Shown: one piece after another, positions 45,853 through 54,763 of the stretch
Position numbering within the stretch: position 1 is the stretch's first letter
Layout: each line of letters begins with the position of its first letter
Source of the DNA: Deltaproteobacteria bacterium
GTDB taxonomy: Bacteria > Myxococcota > Kuafuiibacteriia > Kuafuiibacteriales > Kuafuiibacteriaceae
Assembly (NCBI GenBank): GCA_040218735.1
Contig: JAVJQW010000067.1
Span: 1 to 64,000 of the forward strand
DNA length: 64,000 nucleotides
Direction of reading: 5' to 3'
Translations under genes and position numbers: made by a program
The notes under the pieces: model-generated
What the model saw: only the letters and a program-made list of their open reading frames with translations
Told to the model about the DNA's origin: nothing
Databases searched by the model: none

Positions 45853-46695
45853 CTACTTCCAGGTCTTCGCGGCCTCTTCGATGCGCGGCTTGTAGAAGGC
45901 GAAGGCACCGCTCTTGTCGCCCTTCTTCAGGGCGCTCGCGGCGAGGGCTCCCGCCTCCTTCTTCTTGCCCATCTTCTCGAGGATCTGCGCCTTCACCCAC
46001 TCGTTGCGCCACGTGGCCTGGATGCGAATGGACGTGTCGATGTACTCGAGCGCCTTCTTGGTGTCGCCGTGCTCGAGGAGGTACTGGGCCGAACGCAGGT
46101 GCGGCAGCGGCGCGCCGTTCACGGCCGACTCGATGTTGGCGAGGACCTGGGCGTGGGTGTCGACCTGAATCGGGATCGAGACGCGCTGGTCGGCCCACTC
46201 CAGATCGAGCCGCGTCGCGTCGTCGGTCGTGTCGGAGAACAAAAACGTTAGCCGCTCACGCGCGGAAGAGCGCGCCGGCTTCACGGTCACCCGTGCGGCG
46301 TCCTTCTTCTTGTCGTAATTCGAGCTGCCCCACAGCTCCGTCTCGCGGTTCAGGATGACGGTCCACTGCTTGGCGGTCGGGATCGTGAAGACGGAGTAGT
46401 CGCCCTTCGGCACGGCCTTGCCGCCGAACTTCACGTCGCGCGAAAACGAGATCTTCGTGGCCTTGTTGGCGCCGGTTCGCCAGACCTCACCGTAGGGGAC
46501 GAGCCCCCCGAAGATCTTCCGGCCCTTCACGCCGGGGCTGCTGTAGGTGATCGCGACGTCGGTCAGGCCGACGCGTTGATGCACCTCGGCCGCGGGGCTG
46601 GCGGCCGGTGTCTCCGGGCCCGCCTGGGCGATCGCGAGGGAAGGTGTGGCCAGCGCAAACGCCAGTGCGAAGTGAGGGGCAGAAAGTCGATACAT
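45853..46695 (-). CDS. DUF2911 exported protein with TPR-like C-terminus
   Basis: Signal peptide; ASPAA.V.QRVGLT...YSSPGVKGRKIFGGLVPYGEVWRTGAN. Confidence 0.9.
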   Translation of the reverse strand: MYRLSAPHFALAFALATPSLAIAQAGPETPAASPAAEVHQRVGLTDVAITYSSPGVKGRKIFGGLVPYGEVWRTGANKATKISFSRDVKFGGKAVPKGDYSVFTIPTAKQWTVILNRETELWGSSNYDKKKDAARVTVKPARSSARERLTFLFSDTTDDATRLDLEWADQRVSIPIQVDTHAQVLANIESAVNGAPLPHLRSAQYLLEHGDTKKALEYIDTSIRIQATWRNEWVKAQILEKMGKKKEAGALAASALKKGDKSGAFAFYKPRIEEAAKTWK

Positions 46696-46803
46696 CGTAG
46701 GGAATCCTCATGCGACCGAACGTCGCGGACAGGTGCGCCGAAGTAATGGGCGACTGGGTGCCCTTATTCCCATTCGGGGGAGAAAGCCAAGCGAAGGAGC
46801 GCG

Positions 46804-48285
46804 TCAGAAGACACGCAAGCGGTCCGCGACAGCGGCGCCCGAGAGGACGGCGCGGGCCTGCTCGGCGCGCCGATCGATCACCTTCTGGATGAAGGCCATC
46901 GCCTGCGGACGCGCGCGCACGATGGTGAGGAAGTCGTCGCGTGGGAGCTCGATGGCGAAGCACTTCGTGGTCGCGCGGACGCTCCCCATCGCGGGTTTGT
47001 CGGTCAGGATCGACATCTCTCCGACCACGTCGGAGGGGCCGAGCATCCCGACGCGCACGGGCTTGCCGTCCCGCTCGACCAGCGCCTCGGCGGTGCCGGC
47101 GAGGAGGACGAGGAGGCTGCTGGCGGGGGTGCCGGACCGAACGAGGAGCGCGCCGGGCTCGACTTCGAGGAACGAGAACCGGCGCCCGAGCGCCATTTTG
47201 TCGTTGTCGGAGAGGCCCTGGAACAGCGGGTTCTCCGCGAGGAGGCGCTCGACGCTGCGGTTTCGGAAGAACCGCAGCAGCACGGTGAGCACGCCGGGGT
47301 CGTCCTCGATGAGCTCGTGGATCATCCCGCGGTCGATCGCGATGACCTGCGCGTCCGTCAGCGCGAGGATCGTCGCGCTGCGGGGTTGGTCGGTGAGGAG
47401 CGCGATCTCGCCGAAGAAGTCGCCCTCCTTCAGCTTGGAGATCCCGCGCCGCGGCGGGCCCTCGTCGATGACGCCGACGGTGCCCTCCGCGATCACGTAG
47501 AGCTGATCACCCGGCTCGCCCTGACGAAACAGCGTCTGCTCCTTCGCGAGGTTCACGATGCTCGCCGCCATCAACAGCTGCCCGAAGCTCGACTCCGGCA
47601 GCTGCGCGAACAGCGAAGTCTCGGAGAGCGCCTTGTTCGTTTGCTCGGCGAGGCGGAACTCCTCCTCGACCGCGAGCACCGCGGCGTCCTCCACCGCGAA
47701 GCCGCGGTTTTGTTCGGTCACCGCGTCGGGGTTGGCCGCCGCGAACAGCGGCGTCGTGGCGGTGACACCGGGGCCCTCCTCGACGATGTCCTCCAGCGGG
47801 ATGGTGTAGATGCTCGCCTCGTCGTCGCTGCGCGTCAGGTCGCGCGTGGCGCCCGGGACGGCGTCCTTCAGCGTGACACTCGACAGCGCCGAGCCGCGCT
47901 CCCACTCGCCCGTGATCGCCTTGGGCGGCGGGCGTTGCCGAACGGTGGTGGATCCGGGGCGCTGGCGGTGCGCGTTCCGGAGCTTCTCGATCCGCGCGAG
48001 GGTCTCGGGGTGCCGCGGCGCGATCTCGAGCAGCTGCTTCGAGACGGTCGCGGACTTCAGGTAGTCGCCGGTCTTTTCGTACAGACGCGCGGCGCGGTTG
48101 AGGGCGTCGACCTCTTCCTTCGGGCGGTTCAGTCGGCGGTAGAGCTTCGCGGTGCGGCGCGGCCAACCCGGGTCGTGGGGGTCGGCGGCTTCGAGCTGCA
48201 GGCTCAGACGCAGCGCCTCTTCGAGACGCCCCGCCTTCACGGCAGCGACGGCGGCGTCGCTGAGCGCCTTCAGCTTCTCGCTCAT
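46804..48285 (-). CDS. TPR plus two cyclic-nucleotide-binding domains
   Basis: FRQGEPG...FFGEIALL..PRSAT and VVGEMSIL...SVRA. Confidence 0.88.
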   Translation of the reverse strand: MSEKLKALSDAAVAAVKAGRLEEALRLSLQLEAADPHDPGWPRRTAKLYRRLNRPKEEVDALNRAARLYEKTGDYLKSATVSKQLLEIAPRHPETLARIEKLRNAHRQRPGSTTVRQRPPPKAITGEWERGSALSSVTLKDAVPGATRDLTRSDDEASIYTIPLEDIVEEGPGVTATTPLFAAANPDAVTEQNRGFAVEDAAVLAVEEEFRLAEQTNKALSETSLFAQLPESSFGQLLMAASIVNLAKEQTLFRQGEPGDQLYVIAEGTVGVIDEGPPRRGISKLKEGDFFGEIALLTDQPRSATILALTDAQVIAIDRGMIHELIEDDPGVLTVLLRFFRNRSVERLLAENPLFQGLSDNDKMALGRRFSFLEVEPGALLVRSGTPASSLLVLLAGTAEALVERDGKPVRVGMLGPSDVVGEMSILTDKPAMGSVRATTKCFAIELPRDDFLTIVRARPQAMAFIQKVIDRRAEQARAVLSGAAVADRLRVF

Positions 48286-48320
48286 GGCCGGCGGATTCTA
48301 CCCAATCTTCTCGCGCGCCG

Positions 48321-50114
48321 TCAGCGCTTGCGGGGGCGCGGGAGATCGTACTTCTCGATCTTCTTCACCAGCGTCTGCCGGGAGATGCCGAGCGCGCGGG
48401 CGGCGCGGGTCTGGTTCTGGGCGTGGGCCTCCAGCGCGCGAACGACCCGCTCGCGCTCCTCGGCCTCGCGCGGGGTCAACGGCCGCCCACCCGGCCCCAC
48501 CGGGACCACCGTCATCGCGTGCACGCTCGCGTCCGAGGTCTTGGGGAGCGGCGGGCTCGCGGCCTGCGGCGGTGCGAGCCAGGTCGCGGACATCTTCTCC
48601 ACCGGGAGGTGCGCGCGACCGATGCGGCCGTCCGTCGACAGGAGCACGGCGCGCTCCATGGCGTTCTTCAGCTCGCGCAGATTCCCCGGCCAGTCGTAGC
48701 GCTCGAGGATCGCCTGGGCCTCCGGCTCGATCTTCGGCGGCGCGGTGTTCGCGTCTTCGGCGGCGCGCTCCAGGAACGCGCGCGCGAAGGTCATCAGCTC
48801 GCCCTTGCGCTCGCGCAGCGGCGGGATCGTGAGGGAGACGCCGCACAGCCGGAAGTACAGATCCTCACGGAAGGTGTTCTCGCGGATGCCCTTCTCCAGG
48901 TCACGGTTGGTGGCGGAGACGTAGCGGACGTCGATCGCCTTCGGCGTCAGCGCGCCGAGGCGCTGCACTTCGCCCTGCTCCAGGACCCGGAGCAACTTCA
49001 CTTGCAACGGCAGCGGGAGCTCGCCGAGCTCGTCGAGGAACACCGTGCCGCCGTGGGCGTGTTCGAGGAGGCCCGGCTTGGGCTGGTCGGCGCCGGTGAA
49101 GGCGCCCTTTTCGTACCCGAACAGCTCGCTCTCCAGGAGGTTGGGCGAGAACGCGCCGCAGTTCAGTCGAACGAACGGTTTGCTCGCGCGCGGGGAGCGT
49201 CGGTGGATCTCGGCCGCGAGGACCTCCTTGCCGACACCCGTCTCGCCGAGGATGAGGACGCCGATCTTCCCGCGCGCGACACGTTCGGCGACGCGGAACA
49301 GGTCGACCATCGCGTGGTCCTCGACGATCGGGCGATCCTCGAAGATCGAGTGGTTCGAGCTATCCGCAACCGAGGTTGCGCCGCGCGCGCGTTGGCGGGC
49401 GGCGGCGATCAAGGCGTCGGGGGTGCGGCCGTCCTTGGGGAACTGCGCGACGCCGACGCGCGCCGGGGTGTCGTACCCGTCGAGGTGGGCGATCAGGTCC
49501 GCGGTGAGGCGAGAGGCGCGGTCCCCGCCCCCGAAGAGCAGCACCTCGTACTGGCCCTCCGCGTAGCGACCGATCAGGTCGGTCGGTTCGGCGAGGAGCG
49601 AGAGTGTGCCTTCGACGGCTTCGCGGTCCGCGCCGGTGGGGGCGTCGAGCCAGAGGACGGCGAGCCCGAGCGCGCCGCGTCCTTCCAGGCCGCAGCTCTC
49701 CTCCAGGCGCATCTCGAAGTAGCCCTGCGGCCAGAGGCGACGCGCGCGCGGGCGGTTCGTCTGGCGCTGGACGACGAGCAGAGTCCCGGCGATTTCGACG
49801 ACCTGCCCGGGTTCGAGCAGCGTGCGCTCACCCCCGTTCAGCTCGCGCCCGCTCACGAAGGTGCCGTTGGTACCACCGAGGTCCTCGATGTAGACGTCGT
49901 CGTCGACCTCGATGCGCGCGTGCTGCCGCGACACGAGGGGGTCGTCGATGAAGACGTCGGCGGAGTCGAGGCGGCCGATGGTCAGCGCGCCCGAGTCCGG
50001 GAGTGGGTAGGTCGCGACCGAACCGTCGCCGATGACGGCGAGGAACAGACGTTCGTCGTCGGTGCCGAGCACCGGCAGCGACTCGACGGTGGTGCCGTAA
50101 ACTGTCTCCTCCAA
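48321..50114 (-). CDS. Sigma-54 enhancer-binding protein: FHA, degenerate GGDEF-like domain, AAA+, HTH
   Basis: IGR..VSRQHA..NGT; GETGVGKE, GAFTGA, FLDE, WPGNLREL, NQTRAARALGISR. Confidence 0.93.
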   Translation of the reverse strand: MEETVYGTTVESLPVLGTDDERLFLAVIGDGSVATYPLPDSGALTIGRLDSADVFIDDPLVSRQHARIEVDDDVYIEDLGGTNGTFVSGRELNGGERTLLEPGQVVEIAGTLLVVQRQTNRPRARRLWPQGYFEMRLEESCGLEGRGALGLAVLWLDAPTGADREAVEGTLSLLAEPTDLIGRYAEGQYEVLLFGGGDRASRLTADLIAHLDGYDTPARVGVAQFPKDGRTPDALIAAARQRARGATSVADSSNHSIFEDRPIVEDHAMVDLFRVAERVARGKIGVLILGETGVGKEVLAAEIHRRSPRASKPFVRLNCGAFSPNLLESELFGYEKGAFTGADQPKPGLLEHAHGGTVFLDELGELPLPLQVKLLRVLEQGEVQRLGALTPKAIDVRYVSATNRDLEKGIRENTFREDLYFRLCGVSLTIPPLRERKGELMTFARAFLERAAEDANTAPPKIEPEAQAILERYDWPGNLRELKNAMERAVLLSTDGRIGRAHLPVEKMSATWLAPPQAASPPLPKTSDASVHAMTVVPVGPGGRPLTPREAEERERVVRALEAHAQNQTRAARALGISRQTLVKKIEKYDLPRPRKR

Positions 50115-50215
50115 GGTCTCGCTCGCGCCGCGGATGGTAATGCCGTGACGCGCGCGCCCGCAACGGCTGTGCTAAGTTGGCGCCCGCGCCTCGGCGCAGT
50201 CGAGGGACGATCCGA

Positions 50216-52528
50216 GTGCCGAGCGCCCGACGCCTCTGCCCGCTCTGCGAGAGCGAGATGCCGGACCTGCAGTGTCCCACGCACGACGTGCCGACCATCG
50301 CCGTCGGCGACAGCCAGGGCCCCGCCGCGAAGCTCGAGATCGGCTCCGTCCTCAACGACCGCTACGTGATCGACGGCCTGCTGAGCCAGGGCGGGATGGG
50401 TGCGCTCCTGAGGGCGCGGCGGCTGCCGGAGGGCACGGTGGTCGTGGTGAAGGTGCTGCGCGGGCAGCGGGTCTCCGAGATCCAGAACGTGCGGCGCTTC
50501 TATCAGGAGGCGCGGGTCGCGAGCGCGCTGCACCACCCAAACATCGTCCGCATCATCGAGTTCGGCGTAGACGAAGCGACGCGCGCGCCGTTCATCGCGA
50601 TGGAGTACGTCGACGGGCGAACGCTCAAGGCGCTGATCGGGGAAGCCGGAGCGCTCGACGAGAAGCGCACGGCGGCGCTGTTCGTCCAGATCGCGCGGGC
50701 GCTCCTCGCTGCGCACGACCACGGGATCCTGCATCGCGATCTCAAGCCGTCGAACATCATGGTGAGCCCGCTCTCCGACGGTGAGGAGCACGTGAAGGTG
50801 CTCGACTTCGGACTCGCGAAGATCCTCTCGCCGGATCCGGAGATGTCGCCACTGACCCAGCCCGGAAAGACGGTCGGCACGCCGGCGTACATGAGCCCGG
50901 AGCAGGTGACGCAGCGACCGCAGGACTTCCGCTCGGACCTCTACGGGCTGGGGTGCATGCTGCACGCGGCGCTGACGGGTGGCCCGCCGTTCACGGGCGA
51001 CGATCTGATCGCGGTGATGCGCAAGCAGATGCGCGACCCGCCCCCGCCGCTCCCGGACCGGCTGTTCGACGGGCGCACGCCGACGTTCGGGCTGGTGCAG
51101 CTGCACCGGCAGCTGCTGAAGAAGAGCAAGAACGAGCGGCCCGCGAGCACCGAGGAGGTGGTGCGGACGTTCGAGTCGCTGCTGTCGCGGGACTCACGAT
51201 TGCTGACGACGAGCCCGAAGGAGAAGGCGCACGGGCTGTCGATCATGCCGCTCGGGTTGGGGGAGACGAGCGAGGATCGCGGCGCGATCCAGACGCTCGC
51301 CGCGCAGACGCGCAACGAGCGCGGCTCGGACCGAAGCATCCCCAACGTCGACACCGACCTCGACTCGGTGGAGTCGCTCGAGTCGCAGACCGTCCTGACG
51401 CCCAACTACACGGCGCGTTCGGAGTCGGCGACGCAGCTCGGCGGGATTCCGCCGGCGCTCACGTTCCGCGAGTCGATCGATCCGGCCACGGCGAAGCCGT
51501 TCGCTCCGCGGGATCCGGCGGACGCGGATCTGTCGGACGTGTTTGCGTCGAGTGGGGCCTATCCGGAGGCGACGGATCCCGAGAACGCGGCGTACGATTC
51601 GAACACTTCGAGCGGCGCGACGTTCGGGGACGAAGGGACGGAGGCGACGAACGAGGAGCTGGGGGCGCGGACCGGCAGTGTGTCGTGGAGCGCATTGGCG
51701 CCGACGCCGGCCGACGGGCTCCCGGCGAGCCCTTTGGCGCCTTCGAACGCGACGGAGCCGACGCGCACGAGCGGCGCGACGGACGCTGCGCTGCTCGCGA
51801 CCGGCCCCGCCGACGACTCCGCGTCGGGGCTCGCGACGATGCGGGGTTCGATCTCGGACCTGAGTCAGGTCTCGGAGGACGTGCTGACGACGATCGTGCC
51901 GTCGGATCTCGACGGGTCGGAGATGGTCGATGCGGGGACGCCGATCGTCGACGACGACTTCGAGAACCACACGGACGCGCTGGAGTCGACGCGCCCGATC
52001 GACAAGGAGTCGACGTGGGGGATGGAGCCTTCTCCGCCGGCGCCGGTCGTTCCGGCGCGCGCGCGTGGGTCGCTCGGGCCGGCGACCGAGGATCCCGCGG
52101 CGAGCTTTAGGCCGCTGGAGGAGCTGCCCCCAGCGAAGCCGAGGACCGACGCACGTCGGGGGCGCGGGGTGTTGCTGGTGTTGGCGGGTGCGGTGGTCTG
52201 CGTGTCGGTGGCAGTGGTGGTGTGGTTGGCGCCGGCGCCGCGCGGGACGTCGTCCCAGCGTGCGGCGGCGAACGCGAAGGTGGTCGAGGAGGCGGACGAC
52301 ACGCCGCGGATCGTGCCGCGCGCGCGCCAGGTCTCGGTCGAGTCTCGCCCCAAGGGCGCGGTGGTGTTCCGGGGCGACGAGCGTCTGGGGCGAACGCCGG
52401 TGACGATCGATGCGCCGATGACGACGCAGATCCTCCGGTTCGAGAAGCGCGGGTTCGATCCGGCGCTGGTGGAGATTCGGCCAGACGTGGGTGAGGTGCT
52501 CGAGGTCCAGCTGCGGCGCCGACCCTGA
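50216..52528 (+). CDS. Membrane Ser/Thr protein kinase with N-terminal Cys knuckle and C-terminal PEGA domain
   Basis: GGMG, VVKVL, HRDLKPSN, DFG, GTPAYMSPEQ, TM segment, VESRPKGA...LGRTP. Confidence 0.93.
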   Translation: MPSARRLCPLCESEMPDLQCPTHDVPTIAVGDSQGPAAKLEIGSVLNDRYVIDGLLSQGGMGALLRARRLPEGTVVVVKVLRGQRVSEIQNVRRFYQEARVASALHHPNIVRIIEFGVDEATRAPFIAMEYVDGRTLKALIGEAGALDEKRTAALFVQIARALLAAHDHGILHRDLKPSNIMVSPLSDGEEHVKVLDFGLAKILSPDPEMSPLTQPGKTVGTPAYMSPEQVTQRPQDFRSDLYGLGCMLHAALTGGPPFTGDDLIAVMRKQMRDPPPPLPDRLFDGRTPTFGLVQLHRQLLKKSKNERPASTEEVVRTFESLLSRDSRLLTTSPKEKAHGLSIMPLGLGETSEDRGAIQTLAAQTRNERGSDRSIPNVDTDLDSVESLESQTVLTPNYTARSESATQLGGIPPALTFRESIDPATAKPFAPRDPADADLSDVFASSGAYPEATDPENAAYDSNTSSGATFGDEGTEATNEELGARTGSVSWSALAPTPADGLPASPLAPSNATEPTRTSGATDAALLATGPADDSASGLATMRGSISDLSQVSEDVLTTIVPSDLDGSEMVDAGTPIVDDDFENHTDALESTRPIDKESTWGMEPSPPAPVVPARARGSLGPATEDPAASFRPLEELPPAKPRTDARRGRGVLLVLAGAVVCVSVAVVVWLAPAPRGTSSQRAAANAKVVEEADDTPRIVPRARQVSVESRPKGAVVFRGDERLGRTPVTIDAPMTTQILRFEKRGFDPALVEIRPDVGEVLEVQLRRRP

Positions 52529-52529
52529 C

Positions 52530-53054
52530 CTACTTGTGGCGGGTGTTGTACTTGCGGATGACCTCGTTGGTGAGGTCGAGGTGCGGCTTGGCGAACAGGA
52601 GGCGGTTCTCCTGTACTTCGAGGATGAGGCTGTATTTCCCCGACTTCCCGATCTCCGCGATGATCTTCTTCATCTTCGTCTGAATCTTGGCGACCTCTTC
52701 GGCCTGCGCCTTCTGGAGCGCTTGGGACTCGCCGACAAAAACCTCCTGGAGCGCCTTGTACTTCTTCTCGAACTCGAGGATGCGCGCGCGGACCTTCGGG
52801 TCGTCCTTGTTGGTCTCCTTCTCGAGGGAGTCCTTGAGGGCCTTCAGCTCGTTCTCGCGCTTGGTGAGATCGGCCTGCTTGACCTTGAACGTCTTCTCCA
52901 GGGCCGAGCGGGCGCGCTTGCCCTCCTCGACCTCCATGATGGCGCGGGCCATGTTGACGTACCCGATGTTGGTGTCATCAGCGCGGGCGACGTCGACCCG
53001 GGCGAGCGTGGCGGCGGCCACTGCGGCCGCGAGCGCGTAACGGAACGTGGACAT
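52530..53054 (-). CDS. OmpH/Skp periplasmic chaperone
   Basis: Signal peptide; IGYVNM...coiled coil...DLTNEVI. Confidence 0.85.
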   Translation of the reverse strand: MSTFRYALAAAVAAATLARVDVARADDTNIGYVNMARAIMEVEEGKRARSALEKTFKVKQADLTKRENELKALKDSLEKETNKDDPKVRARILEFEKKYKALQEVFVGESQALQKAQAEEVAKIQTKMKKIIAEIGKSGKYSLILEVQENRLLFAKPHLDLTNEVIRKYNTRHK

Positions 53055-53087
53055 AGGACTCCCTCTGACTAAACGCGGCTCCATCCG

Positions 53088-53777
53088 TCAAGGCGAACCG
53101 CCATCCTCTTCTTCGACGGGGGCAGCGGACGGATGTTCACCGGGTGCGGATGCGGCGATGCGCGACGCGTAGACCATCGAGATCACGAGGGCGAGCACCG
53201 ACGGCGCGATGGCGACGGCGATGAGCGTGGGGCCTTCGAAGAGTAATCCGAGGAGCCCGACGGCGCCGGCGAGCATGAACAGCTTCCCGGCGAGGCGGTG
53301 GGTGCGGAGCCAGACGTCGGGGTCGTCGAGCGTCGCGCGGGTCCGGATCCCCATGGCGCTGCCGGGTTCGAGGGCCATGAGGACGGGGCCCATACCGAAC
53401 ATGAGGAGGCCGGTCGCGGCGGGGATCGCGCGGTCGAGGCTGTCGATCATGCCGATGGCGACGGCGAGCACGGAGGCATGCACGGCGAACAGGAACGCGG
53501 TGATCCACAGGACGAGGACGTCGCTGTGGCGGGACGTGGTCTGTTTGACGCGACCGATCGCGCGCAGGACGAGGAGGATGACGAGCGCAAACGCGGGGAC
53601 GACCGCGAAGGTCACGAGCATGCGAGTGCCGCCGGCTTCGCGGGCCGCTTCGGAGACGCGGTTCGTGTAGACCCACGCAGAGAGGAGCACCGAGGCCCAG
53701 ATCATGAGCATCGGGAGGTACCAGCGCGTCGTGGGCGTGGAGGGGAGCGGGACGTCGGCGGGCGCGGGGTCGGTCAC
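53088..53777 (-). CDS. SdpI/YhfL-family membrane protein
   Basis: GIRTRATLDDPDVWLRTHRLAG; several TM helices. Confidence 0.8.
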   Translation of the reverse strand: MTDPAPADVPLPSTPTTRWYLPMLMIWASVLLSAWVYTNRVSEAAREAGGTRMLVTFAVVPAFALVILLVLRAIGRVKQTTSRHSDVLVLWITAFLFAVHASVLAVAIGMIDSLDRAIPAATGLLMFGMGPVLMALEPGSAMGIRTRATLDDPDVWLRTHRLAGKLFMLAGAVGLLGLLFEGPTLIAVAIAPSVLALVISMVYASRIAASAPGEHPSAAPVEEEDGGSP

Positions 53778-54763
53778 GAGACGATCCCGGAGCTGCGCAG
53801 GACGGTCTTGAAGCGGTCGGCCTCTTCGTTGCCGACCTCCTCGAAGGGGGGGCGGACGTGTGGCTTCACCGGGTGGCCCTGCATCTGGAGGCCCTTCTTG
53901 ATGAGGCGGAACGGGACCGTGGGGCGCAGGAGGAGACCGTCGAGGGGGCGCTGGGCGAGGCGGTTGGCGAGGCGCTTCACGCCGCCCTCCTCGCCCGGGG
54001 GCCGCGGTGGGCCGAGGACTTCGATGCCGGGTTTCAGCTTCTTCTCGAGGCGGCGGATCATGTCGACGTCGCCGCGTTCGACGGCGCCCATCATGCGGGT
54101 GGATTGTTCGGTGGCGAGCATCGCGACGCCGCAGATCACGGCGTTGGCGCCGGCCCGGGCGGATTCGGGGAACGTGAGCGCGCAGCCGGCGAAGACGGTC
54201 CCTTCCTTGGCCTTCATGCGCTTCGCCCACGCGCGGGTCTTCTCGGCGGGTGCGTCGGGCACGAAGACCCCGGCGAGGCGCTCGTGCTGGCCGAGCGTCG
54301 CGAGCTCCTCGGGCGTGAGGCAGTCGGCGGCGTTGTCGGAGCGCAGCGAGAGGTAGGTCGGGACGGTGACGGCGCGGCTGACGCGGTCGAGGTGGCGGTA
54401 CAGCTCGCGGTAACCGAGGCCGGGGATGCGGTGGAGGGCGAGGAGGATGCCGTGGGTGCCGCACTGCTCGGCGTGGCGTGCGAGGTCGACGGCTTCGCGG
54501 GTGGAGACCGCGGAGATGGAGACGATGGTGCTCTTCTTCTCGGCGAGGCGTTTGTGGACGCGCTCGACGATCTTGGTTCGCTCCTCGGCGGTCAGCACGG
54601 CGTCTTCGGCGGCTTCGGTGAGCAGCGCGATCCCGGCGACGTCACGTCGAGCGAGGTAGTCGGTGATGTGGATGAGCGCGGCGTCGTCCACGGCGCCGCC
54701 GTCGTCGAACGGGGTCGGCGCGGCGACAAAGACGCTCGCAAACGGAATGGCGCTTTCGCTCAT
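53774..54763 (-). CDS. DapA/NAL-family TIM barrel, catalytically degenerate
   Basis: AAPTPFDDGGAVD and LTAEER are present, but GTTGE and the Schiff-base Lys are not. Confidence 0.75.
   Translation of the reverse strand: MSESAIPFASVFVAAPTPFDDGGAVDDAALIHITDYLARRDVAGIALLTEAAEDAVLTAEERTKIVERVHKRLAEKKSTIVSISAVSTREAVDLARHAEQCGTHGILLALHRIPGLGYRELYRHLDRVSRAVTVPTYLSLRSDNAADCLTPEELATLGQHERLAGVFVPDAPAEKTRAWAKRMKAKEGTVFAGCALTFPESARAGANAVICGVAMLATEQSTRMMGAVERGDVDMIRRLEKKLKPGIEVLGPPRPPGEEGGVKRLANRLAQRPLDGLLLRPTVPFRLIKKGLQMQGHPVKPHVRPPFEEVGNEEADRFKTVLRSSGIVS

Noticed and set aside
46696-46803. Possible riboswitch in the DUF2911/bsh leader
   Set aside because: It contains GGGAA, but no convincing cobalamin, SAM or TPP consensus could be built by eye; an Rfam/Infernal scan would decide.
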